A stretch of 32,000 nucleotides of DNA, from the NCBI GenBank assembly GCA_000091165.1, contig FP565575.1, positions 690,001 to 722,000 of the forward strand, written 5' to 3'. This DNA is from Candidatus Methylomirabilis oxygeniifera (GTDB taxonomy: Bacteria > Methylomirabilota > Methylomirabilia > Methylomirabilales > Methylomirabilaceae). Position numbers and translations under genes: made by a program. Shown in pieces: positions 24,704 to 31,890 of this stretch. How positions within the stretch are numbered: position 1 is the first letter of the stretch; each line of letters opens with the position of its first letter. Below the pieces are notes generated by a model. That model was not told the DNA's origin and made no database searches. It saw nothing but the letters and a program-made list of their open reading frames with translations.

Positions 24704-25427
24704 AGTCCTCTCGCTCTTGATTGAGGACATCCAATCCCCATTGAGTCCAGCCTTTAGATTTCATTCTTGCGAATAGTTCAATTCGGTCTTGGGTTGGGAA
24801 CATCTTTTCTATTGCTTCTCTGATTTCGTCTGGTTTCATGCTGTGCACTCTTCGGGGACTTCTAATAAGTTGTTGAATATTTCTCGCACCCCTCGGTTGC
24901 GGAATTCGTCCTCGCTTGAAAACTAAGCAAAGCTCACAGTTTGATAGAGTGTATTTGCCGGGGTTGTGAATCATTTTATCCCATACAAATGCTACGGTTT
25001 TGTACCCAAAACCCCACTTCTGACCAAGAGAAATTGCTTGTGCGAGATGAGGGCTGGTTGCCCACATGAATAGTAAGCAATCATCCTTCGCTATTTCATG
25101 AACCGGCATTGTCATTAGCTCATCGAGCTTCAAAGTGGGATACTTAAATGAAGCCGAACTAATGAAAATGTTTTTTGAGAGATCTATTTCATCTGCATTC
25201 TTGCTGCTTCTATCGAACTGAAGCTTTCCATTATAATCCCATGGAGGGTCCGCGTAGATGATGTCAAATTTCTTCTTCGGAAAATCGGGATACAGGGTAG
25301 GCATTCCGTTTTGCTTGATCCTACTCTTCACTTCCTCATTATAAATGACGTATCCAGTAATCTTTTTCATGCTATCTATAGTGTGCATTTCGGAGGCGCT
25401 GTCAAGCGTTGTTTTAGATCGCTTCAC
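24684..25427 (-). CDS. MT-A70-family N6-adenine DNA methyltransferase
   Basis: Catalytic motif IIYADPPWDY (DPPW), then ...LLFMWATSPHL...WGFGYKTVAFVWDK...HSMKPDEIREAIEKMF...ELFARMKSKGWTQWG, as in MT-A70 enzymes. The start is uncertain (GTG 25427, ATG 25388 or ATG 25370). Its 3' end overlaps the endonuclease 3' end by 20 nt (convergent genes). Confidence 0.85.
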   Translation of the reverse strand: MKRSKTTLDSASEMHTIDSMKKITGYVIYNEEVKSRIKQNGMPTLYPDFPKKKFDIIYADPPWDYNGKLQFDRSSKNADEIDLSKNIFISSASFKYPTLKLDELMTMPVHEIAKDDCLLFMWATSPHLAQAISLGQKWGFGYKTVAFVWDKMIHNPGKYTLSNCELCLVFKRGRIPQPRGARNIQQLIRSPRRVHSMKPDEIREAIEKMFPTQDRIELFARMKSKGWTQWGLDVLNQEREDFRSVSV

Positions 25428-25662
25428 TTGCCCAACGAGTTAAAGCAGCTTTTTTGGCGATCCGCGATCTCGCCTTGGCAGAGAGCTTCTTCGCTCTAGC
25501 AGGGCCACCCTTAAGACCACCCAATCGACCCAAGGCTACAGCAGCAGGATTCTTTTGCGGGATGCTCTCACTGGCAGGCTTCTCGCCAGTCGCCGCCTGA
25601 ACAATCGAAGAGGCGAGAACGTTGATATCGGTAGGCAGCTTCTTGCTTGTGCGCTTAGGCAT
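25414..25662 (-). CDS. Small basic protein of unknown function (82 aa)
   Basis: The ATG at 25662 has the SD GGAGAT. The C-terminal half, NPAAVALGRLGGLKGGPARAKKLSAKARSRIAKKAALTRW, is a K/R/A/G-rich motif common in small proteins of mobile elements. It lies upstream of, and possibly overlaps, the methylase start. Confidence 0.5.
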   Translation of the reverse strand: MPKRTSKKLPTDINVLASSIVQAATGEKPASESIPQKNPAAVALGRLGGLKGGPARAKKLSAKARSRIAKKAALTRWASEAI

Positions 25663-25811
25663 ATCTCCAGTATAGAGTTGCCTCTGCCTTGCGTCAAGTG
25701 CTACATGTCGCAAAACGGGTTTTTTATTTTTGTACGGTCGAATAAAAGTTTCAATTTTCTACTGAGCCTGTTATACTTTTAAATCAATAAGAGCACACGT
25801 AAGCAGGAAGT

Positions 25812-26441
25812 ATGGGAAGCATCAATAGCGAGGTGTGTGCGATGAGAAAACATACTATGCAGAAAACAATCACAAAACGCTTACAAGGACGAAGATTGCA
25901 GGACGACAAGCTGCGAGAACTGATTCTCTATATCGCTAGGGAGTCCGAAGGCGATCCTTCATTCGGAGCTACAAAGCTCAACAAGCTGCTCTTCTATGCG
26001 GACTTCCTTGCTTATAAGCATCTTGGTGGGGCAATCACCAAACAGGAGTATCAAGCTCTCGATCAAGGGCCAGCACCTCGGAAGTTAGTGCCTTTACTGC
26101 AAAAGATGGAGAAGGTGTGTGAAGTTGCTACCCAGAAGACAGACTACCATAACTATACCCAAAATCGAACCATCGCTCTCAGAACAGCAAACCTAGACCG
26201 ATTCAAACCAGAAGAGGTTGTTTTAGTGAGCCGGATCATCCGTCAATGCTGGGGTAAGACTGCACGCCACATGAGCGATCTCTCGCACCAGTTCATAGGA
26301 TGGCGCCTGGCTAACATAGGAGACACGATTCCTTATCCTGTTGCACTAATAAGCGAGCGTGAGCCTACCAAAACAGAAATCAATTACGCTCGGTCTCTGC
26401 AATCGTTGGCGAAGAAATGCTTGTCTTCCAATGTTACCTAA
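25812..26441 (+). CDS. Panacea / SocA (DUF4065) domain antitoxin-like protein
   Basis: The segment GDPSFGATKLNKLLFYADFLAYKHLGGAITKQEYQALDQGPAP is the characteristic core of DUF4065 (Panacea). SD AGGAAG precedes the ATG at 25812. A candidate promoter lies upstream: TTCAAT (25750-25755), 16 nt, TATACT (25772-25777). Confidence 0.7.
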   Translation: MGSINSEVCAMRKHTMQKTITKRLQGRRLQDDKLRELILYIARESEGDPSFGATKLNKLLFYADFLAYKHLGGAITKQEYQALDQGPAPRKLVPLLQKMEKVCEVATQKTDYHNYTQNRTIALRTANLDRFKPEEVVLVSRIIRQCWGKTARHMSDLSHQFIGWRLANIGDTIPYPVALISEREPTKTEINYARSLQSLAKKCLSSNVT

Positions 26442-26697
26442 CCTGCGATGTGTAATTAAAGAGAAGCGATTTGAAAGCGAGCTTAAGCGGATCAAAACCA
26501 ATCCGCGCCGTGCGGATGATTTTGTTGAGGGTCCAGAGTGGGTATTGTCACGCGATCCTGAACAAGGAACGCAAGTAGAGGAAGATCCGCCGGTCTGGTT
26601 CTTGGGCATTGAGGATGACAGTTCGCACCTAACGGCGGCTATTTACTACACCTTCGACGAGAACCATGTTTGGCTTCTTTCAATCAGGACCATATAG
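26431..26697 (+). CDS. Putative toxin partner of the Panacea protein (88 aa, RelE/ParE-like C-terminus)
   Basis: The ATG at 26431 overlaps the upstream stop by 11 nt. The ending ...LTAAIYYTFDENHVWLLSIRTI resembles the terminal beta-strands of RelE/ParE-fold toxins. No stronger motif was found. Confidence 0.45.
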   Translation: MLPNLRCVIKEKRFESELKRIKTNPRRADDFVEGPEWVLSRDPEQGTQVEEDPPVWFLGIEDDSSHLTAAIYYTFDENHVWLLSIRTI

Positions 26698-26782
26698 TTG
26701 ATCAGATTATCCCGCCGATATTAATCCATCGCTTAGGACACTACCTGCCAGCACTATCTACTACCCGTCATTTACCACTCAC

Positions 26783-26801
26783 TTCAAACTGACCCACTAC
26801 C
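26783..26801 (-). repeat. Right terminal inverted repeat
   Basis: TTCAAACTGACCCACTACC is the exact reverse complement of 21131-21149. Confidence 0.9.
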
Positions 26802-26809
26802 GCGATACG
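26802..26809. repeat. Target-site duplication, right copy (GCGATACG)
   Basis: Identical to 21123-21130 and directly abutting the right TIR. Confidence 0.85.
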
Positions 26810-26903
26810 TAGCCTTAACCGGTTATGGTAAGTATGGGATATTACAGGTACAATCGTCACACGGTATCCGGAATTTGGGATGAGCTCTGGGATGGCGCAC
26901 GGC

Positions 26904-26934
26904 AAAAAAGAGGCGGCACCGCCGAGCCGTGCCT
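26904..26934 (-). terminator. Intrinsic terminator candidate for the TA-RNB operon
   Basis: Minus strand: AGGC-ac-GGC [tcggcggt] GCC-GCCT, followed immediately by CTTTTTTG. It lies about 160 nt downstream of the RNB stop and outside the transposon. Confidence 0.4.
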
Positions 26935-27092
26935 TCGAACGCTCAAGGAGGATTCGATGAGTAACCACGGGGCATTGGCGGAGTTAGACGCAGTGATCGA
27001 CAAGCACTTGCGATTCTAACATTGCGGTCGAGGGGGATGCGCTGTAGGCGGGTATTCGCCTGTCCGCCCTGCTTTCCTTCCTGTGCCCATCG

Positions 27093-28562
27093 TTACACCC
27101 GCGCGAAGTCGATGAACCCTTGCTCCACATTGGTGTCGAGGAGTTTGACGCGGACCCGATCGCCGACGTCCAGTCCCTCGAACCCCTGGATAACCTTACC
27201 CTCTGCGGAGGGATGGATGATACGCACCCAGGTCCCTTTCCTGGACGCGCCAGTGACGATGGCGTCGAAGTGCTGCCCGATCTTTGATTCGAGGAGCAGC
27301 GCGGCCGCCGATTTCCGGACCCGTCGCTCGACCTTGCTCGCATGGTCTTCCTGCTCGGTACAGTGCTGCGCGAGCGCGCCGAGCTCTTCAAAGCTGTACG
27401 GGACCCGGTGTTCAGCCAGCGCGGCTTTGAGCAGCCGCTGCGTCAGCAGGTCCGGGAAACGCCGGTTCGGGGCCGTGGAGTGCGTGTAGGCCGGGATCGC
27501 CAAGCCGAAGTGGCCCGGCGTCGTCCGGTCGGGACCCTCCACCACATACTCGCCTCGTCCGATCAGCTTGACGACGGTCAACGAGAGATCGGGAAACCGC
27601 ACCGGGTCCATCCGGCGCCGTATCGATAGAAACGTCTCCAGAGCGACGGCGTCCGGCTCTGGTGGAAGCCGTTCCCCCATGTGGGCTGCCAGATCTACAA
27701 TCCGCTGCCATCGGTCCGGTGAACGCAAGATCCGGCGCAGTGACGGCAGGCCCCGCGCCTCGAGGTACCGGACCGTCACACGATTCGCCGCAATCATAAG
27801 ATCCTCGATCAGCTCCTGGGCCCGGTTCTTGTCCTCTGCGCGCAGATCGGTCAGCACGTCGTCCTCAAACACGGCGCGCGGCTCGATCGTCTCCAGGCTG
27901 AGCGCGCCGTGCATGTGTCGCACGGTCCGCAGTGTCTGAGCCACCCGGTCCTGGACGCGGAGTTGCTCGTCGAGCCCGGTCACGGTGGCCACTCGTCCCG
28001 GGGCGGGCTCTCTGCCGTCGAGCCAGGCGGCCACGCTGTGATAGGTAAGCTTCGCGTGGTTGACGACCAATGCGCGATAGATATCCGAACTCCCGAGCGA
28101 GCCATCCTGGTTGACCACCATCTCGATCACGACGGCCAGCCGGTCCTCATCCTCGTTGAGCGACGTGAGATCGGTGGAGAGGGGCAGGGGGAGCATCGGG
28201 AAGATCTCGGCCTCTGTGTAGACGGACGTGGTGTTGTGCTGAGCGTGGGCATCGACGGCGGACCCCTTGCGCACCAGCGCGTCAACGTCCGCGACCGCTA
28301 CCAGGATCTTTACCGCTCCGCCGCCGAGGGGTTCTGCGACCGTAAGCTGATCGAGGTCGCGGGAGTCGTCATTATCGATTGAGCACCAGCACAGGCGTCG
28401 CAGATCCCGGATGGATGGGGTAGGCTTGGCCGCCGGACGTGTGAGTCCACTGATCTCCCGGACGACGGCGGGTGAAAAATCCGGGAGCAGCCCGCGCGCC
28501 AGCATCGCGCGGCGCGCAATTGCCTGGAGACCGTAGCGATGTCCTTGTCCGGTGTAATTCAT
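27093..28562 (-). CDS. RNB-domain 3'-5' exoribonuclease (short RNase II/R family, RNB + S1, no cold-shock domains)
   Basis: RNB motifs CWCSIDNDDSRDLDQL and YTHSTAPNRRFPDLLTQRLL are present. The C-terminal S1-like domain is HFDAIVTGASRKGTWVRIIHPSAEGKV...VRVKLLDTNVEQGFIDF. At 489 aa it is much shorter than RNase II or RNase R. Confidence 0.85.
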   Translation of the reverse strand: MNYTGQGHRYGLQAIARRAMLARGLLPDFSPAVVREISGLTRPAAKPTPSIRDLRRLCWCSIDNDDSRDLDQLTVAEPLGGGAVKILVAVADVDALVRKGSAVDAHAQHNTTSVYTEAEIFPMLPLPLSTDLTSLNEDEDRLAVVIEMVVNQDGSLGSSDIYRALVVNHAKLTYHSVAAWLDGREPAPGRVATVTGLDEQLRVQDRVAQTLRTVRHMHGALSLETIEPRAVFEDDVLTDLRAEDKNRAQELIEDLMIAANRVTVRYLEARGLPSLRRILRSPDRWQRIVDLAAHMGERLPPEPDAVALETFLSIRRRMDPVRFPDLSLTVVKLIGRGEYVVEGPDRTTPGHFGLAIPAYTHSTAPNRRFPDLLTQRLLKAALAEHRVPYSFEELGALAQHCTEQEDHASKVERRVRKSAAALLLESKIGQHFDAIVTGASRKGTWVRIIHPSAEGKVIQGFEGLDVGDRVRVKLLDTNVEQGFIDFARV

Positions 28563-28852
28563 CCCGCCGTAGTTCTCCGTTGGAGGTCACGGTAGAAATT
28601 TTCATGAGGGCCAACGGCCAGGAGTCGGATCAGTCGTTTTTGTATTTCCAGTCGGTAGGCTACCAGATATTCTAACTCTTGGTGGGTGAACTTGAAAACT
28701 CGCACTCCTTTTAACACACCGACCTTCGGCGTACCGATCAGGGGATCAGCGAGGATCATCCGGACTGCGGCATCGATAGCCTCCTGCAGGGACCTTGAGG
28801 CTTTTTTCTTCCGCCGGTGGAAGAGAGGCGTGACCACCGGCGCCCAAATCAC
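28559..28852 (-). CDS. RelE/ParE-family type II toxin
   Basis: 97 aa. The layout ...SLQEAIDAAVRMILADPLIGTPKVGVLKGVRVFKFTHQELEYLVAYRLEIQKRLIRLLAVGPHENFYRDL is typical of RelE/ParE toxins. Its start overlaps the antitoxin stop, and its stop overlaps the RNB ATG. Confidence 0.8.
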   Translation of the reverse strand: MIWAPVVTPLFHRRKKKASRSLQEAIDAAVRMILADPLIGTPKVGVLKGVRVFKFTHQELEYLVAYRLEIQKRLIRLLAVGPHENFYRDLQRRTTAG

Positions 28853-29082
28853 AGCACTCCCCAGGGATACGGCTCCAGGAGTCCTTGCTTTGCCTGTTCA
28901 TCCCCTTCCAGGATGTCCTGGATCATGGAGAGCGGCAGCTCCGGGTTTTCCTCTGCGATCATGGCCAGGAGGGCGTAGTAGCGGACCTGTTCCGATACAC
29001 TCCGCCCTTCAGCCTTGGCCTTGGCGGTGAGGCGTTTCTTCAGTACAGGGTCTAAGCGGATCGGAAGCACTGAGCCGGCCAT
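28849..29082 (-). CDS. Ribbon-helix-helix (CopG-like) antitoxin
   Basis: The ATG at 29082 has the SD AAGGAGGTG at 6 nt. N-terminal RHH pattern: VLPIRLDPVLKKRLTAKAKAEGRSVSEQVRYYALLAM. The longer ORF-track starts (29136, 29109) fall inside the predicted promoter. Confidence 0.75.
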   Translation of the reverse strand: MAGSVLPIRLDPVLKKRLTAKAKAEGRSVSEQVRYYALLAMIAEENPELPLSMIQDILEGDEQAKQGLLEPYPWGVL

Positions 29083-29107
29083 CGAGTCCACCTCCTTTGT
29101 GTTATAC

Positions 29108-29136
29108 ATTGTAGAGCGCAAGAGGAGGGGCGTCAA
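29108..29136 (-). promoter_or_regulatory. Near-consensus sigma70 promoter with overlapping palindrome (probable TA operator)
   Basis: Minus strand: TTGACG (29136-29131), a 17-nt spacer, then TACAAT (29113-29108). The palindrome TACA-A-TGTA spans the -10 box. Confidence 0.5.
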
Positions 29137-29188
29137 GTGTTGCTGAGGCAGAGCGTGTCGAGGCGCGCCACCGCACGATTGGCGATGA

Positions 29189-31888
29189 CTAGCCGAGTCG
29201 TTCGATGGCGACGGCGCAGACTTTGTATTCGGGGATTTTGGCGGAGGGGTCGTAGGCCGAGTTGGTCAGGATATTGGCTCCTGACTCGGCAAGCTTCACG
29301 AAGGGGATAAAGACCTCGCCTGTTCGGACGGCCTCGGTGATCTGGGTGTAGGCGGTCAGCTCGCCGCGACGGGAGGTGAGCCGAACGAGCGTCCCCTGAT
29401 CGAGGCCAAGTCGCCGGGCGTCTTCAGGATTGATGGCGACCTCGAGGCGTGGCGCCAGTTCGAGGAGCCCCTTGACCCGCCGGGTGAGTGTCCCGCCGTG
29501 CCAGTGGTACAAGACGCGGCCGGTGTTCAGGAGGAACGGAAAATTGCGGTCGGGTAGTTCTGCCGCCTCGGCTGTCTGAACTACAGGAATGAATTTGGCC
29601 TTCCCAATGGGGAACGACTCCGCATACAGGAAGCGGGTACCCGGATGGTCTGGTGTCGGACAGGGCCACTGAATCCCGCCCTCGCGGTCCAATCGCTCAT
29701 ACGAGATACCGGAGAGAAACGGGACCAGCCTCGCCATCTCATCGAAGACCTCAGCCGGGTGGGTATAGTGAAATCCCGAACCCGATAGACCGAGTTTATC
29801 GGCCACTCGTTTGGCCAACTCACTGGTAATCCACCAGTCCGGTCTGGCCTCTCCCGGGGGATCGATGGCCTTTCTGACACGCTGGACGCGTCGCTCAGAG
29901 TTGGTAAACGTTCCCTCTTTTTCGGCAAAGGCGGCCGTAGGTAGAAATACGTGAGCCAGCTCTGCCGTCTCGTGCAGGAACAGCTCCTGGACGACGAGAC
30001 AATCGAGACTGGAGATCGCGCGCTTGGCGTGGTTGAGATCGGGTTCTGTGAGGAGAGGATTTTCGCCGACCATGTACATGGCCCGGATCGATCCATCCAG
30101 ACACCCGTCGATCATTTCAGTGAGGGCCATTCCTGTGCTGTCGGAAAGTCGAACGCCCCAGGCCGCGTGGAACTTTTCCAACACCTCAGGAGTATAGGTC
30201 TGGTAACCGGGGAGGTGAGTAGGGAGGCAGCCGGCATCACAGCACCCCTGCACGTTGTTCTGGCCTCGGAGCGGCGAGATGCCGGAGCCGGCAAACCCCA
30301 TCTGGCCCGCGACAAGAGACAGGTTGACGAGGGCATGAACATTCGCCGTACCGTTGGTATGCTGGGTTATCCCCATCCCCCACATGAGGCAGGAGCCGGC
30401 GAAGGCGGGTTTCGCGTACCATCGCGCGGCCTGGGCGATCTGCTCCTGCGGGACACCGGTCATCTGCTCGGCGAACGACAGTGTGTACGGTTCCAGCGAT
30501 GCGCGCCATGCCTCGAACTCTTCGGTCCGGTTCCGCACGAACTCGATGTTGGTTAGTCTTTCGTCGATGATCACGCGAGCCATGGCGTTGAAGAGGGTCA
30601 CGTCTGTACCTGGTCGCTGCCGCAGCCAGAGGTCTGCCTGATCGCACAGCTCGATCCGCTTCGGGTTCACCACGATGAGCCGGGTGCCGCGGCTGACCGC
30701 CTGACGAAGGCGGACGGCGATCACCGGATGGTTCGACGACGGATCCGATCCGACGACCATGAGACAGCCTGCCTCCTCGTAATCGTCGTAGGAGTTGGAG
30801 GTAGCCCCGGAGCCCAGTGAGCGCAGCATTGCCACCACTGAGGGCGAATGGCAGAGGCGCGCACAGTGATCGACATTATTGGTGTCCGTCACCGCCCGGA
30901 CGAATTTCTGGACGACGTAGCCTTCCTCGTTGGTTGCCTTCGCCGAGGCCAGCGTGCCGAAGCGACCTTGGTTTCGAGCGATCCCTTCAGCTGCAGCATC
31001 CAACGCCTTGTCCCATGAGACCTCCTGCCATTGCCCACCATTCCGAATCATGGGACGCGTAATCCGGTCGGGAGCATGAACGAACCCTGCGCCGAATCGC
31101 CCTTTCACACAGAGCATCCCACGACTCGATCTATTGTTAGGGACATCGTCGGTCATCAGCGCGAGGCGCCCATCGGGGCGAACGCGAAGACGGATGCCGC
31201 AGCCGACGCCGCAGTAGGGACAGGTCGTCTCGACCTCGCGCATGACGGCCGAGGGCGCTTCCTTTGGGCGGATGGCTCCCGTCGGACAGGCAGCGACGCA
31301 CTGTCCGCACGAGGTGCAGACGGAGGATGCGAGGGAGCCGTCGCTGAAGACGCCCACCTTGGTCGCGCTGCTCCGCCCCAACAGGGCGATAGCGCCGATC
31401 TGTTGGACGTCATCGCAGGCGACGGTACAGCGGCCGCAGAGGATGCAGGCGTCCCGATCGAGGATGAAGAACGACTTGCTCTCGTCTACAGGCGTATGCC
31501 GCGATAGCGTAGGCATATGGCGGCGCTGGAAGAACCCGAGTCTGGCGCAGGCGTCGGAGAGCTGACCGAACCCCGGCCGATCGAATGAAGGGATCGCCAT
31601 GCCGCACGTGAGGTCGAAGACCCCGTTTCGGATCCGTGTGAGATCGGGATCATTGGTTGAGACCGCCATCCCCTCGCGGGCGGGGAGATGACAGGAAGCC
31701 GGGAAGCCGCGTATCCCTTCGACCTTGACCAGGCAGGTCCGGCAGGCACCGAGCGCCGGCCGATCCGGGTCCTTGCAAAGCTGCGAGAGCGGGATACCAA
31801 GCCGGTTCACGGCGTCGAGGACCGTGGCGCCGGGCTGGACGGTTACGACGGATCCATCGATAGTGAGGCTGATGACCGCATCGCCCAT
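29189..31888 (-). CDS. NAD-linked formate dehydrogenase alpha subunit (FdsA/FdhA type: 2Fe-2S + 4Fe-4S + Mo/W-bis-PGD domains), Cys variant
   Basis: N-terminal ferredoxin fold (GACRTCLVKVEG). Fe-S boxes CILCGRCTVAC, CTSCGQCVAACPTGA and CPYCGVGC. The molybdopterin-oxidoreductase core has the active-site segment DHCARLCHSPSV (Cys where FdhF has Sec). There is no in-frame TGA. Confidence 0.9.
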   Translation of the reverse strand: MGDAVISLTIDGSVVTVQPGATVLDAVNRLGIPLSQLCKDPDRPALGACRTCLVKVEGIRGFPASCHLPAREGMAVSTNDPDLTRIRNGVFDLTCGMAIPSFDRPGFGQLSDACARLGFFQRRHMPTLSRHTPVDESKSFFILDRDACILCGRCTVACDDVQQIGAIALLGRSSATKVGVFSDGSLASSVCTSCGQCVAACPTGAIRPKEAPSAVMREVETTCPYCGVGCGIRLRVRPDGRLALMTDDVPNNRSSRGMLCVKGRFGAGFVHAPDRITRPMIRNGGQWQEVSWDKALDAAAEGIARNQGRFGTLASAKATNEEGYVVQKFVRAVTDTNNVDHCARLCHSPSVVAMLRSLGSGATSNSYDDYEEAGCLMVVGSDPSSNHPVIAVRLRQAVSRGTRLIVVNPKRIELCDQADLWLRQRPGTDVTLFNAMARVIIDERLTNIEFVRNRTEEFEAWRASLEPYTLSFAEQMTGVPQEQIAQAARWYAKPAFAGSCLMWGMGITQHTNGTANVHALVNLSLVAGQMGFAGSGISPLRGQNNVQGCCDAGCLPTHLPGYQTYTPEVLEKFHAAWGVRLSDSTGMALTEMIDGCLDGSIRAMYMVGENPLLTEPDLNHAKRAISSLDCLVVQELFLHETAELAHVFLPTAAFAEKEGTFTNSERRVQRVRKAIDPPGEARPDWWITSELAKRVADKLGLSGSGFHYTHPAEVFDEMARLVPFLSGISYERLDREGGIQWPCPTPDHPGTRFLYAESFPIGKAKFIPVVQTAEAAELPDRNFPFLLNTGRVLYHWHGGTLTRRVKGLLELAPRLEVAINPEDARRLGLDQGTLVRLTSRRGELTAYTQITEAVRTGEVFIPFVKLAESGANILTNSAYDPSAKIPEYKVCAVAIERLG

Positions 31889-31890
31889 CT

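Larger units (their letters stand above)
21131..26801. mobile_element. 5,671-bp cargo-carrying transposon with IS1-family-like transposase
   Basis: It has perfect 19-bp terminal inverted repeats (GGTAGTGGGTCAGTTTGAA at 21131-21149, exact reverse complement at 26783-26801) and a flanking 8-bp direct repeat, GCGATACG. One transposase gene ends inside the left TIR. The interior is visibly more AT-rich than the flanks. Confidence 0.85.

Noticed and set aside
26768-27019. ORFs 26768-26968 (-) and 26825-27019 (+) of 64-66 aa in the region right of the transposon
   Set aside because: They have no RBS at the listed starts, span the TIR/terminator region and show no motifs. Only the terminal 20-codon part with a strong SD is retained, as a low-interest observation.
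28849-29136. Longer start choices for the RHH antitoxin (29136, 29109) and for the DUF4340 (17850), GldG-like (19286), transposase (22030) and 23107-ORF (23769) genes
   Set aside because: The internal ATG codons have clear SD sequences or stop/start overlaps. The extensions overlap promoters or upstream genes and encode unprotein-like sequence.
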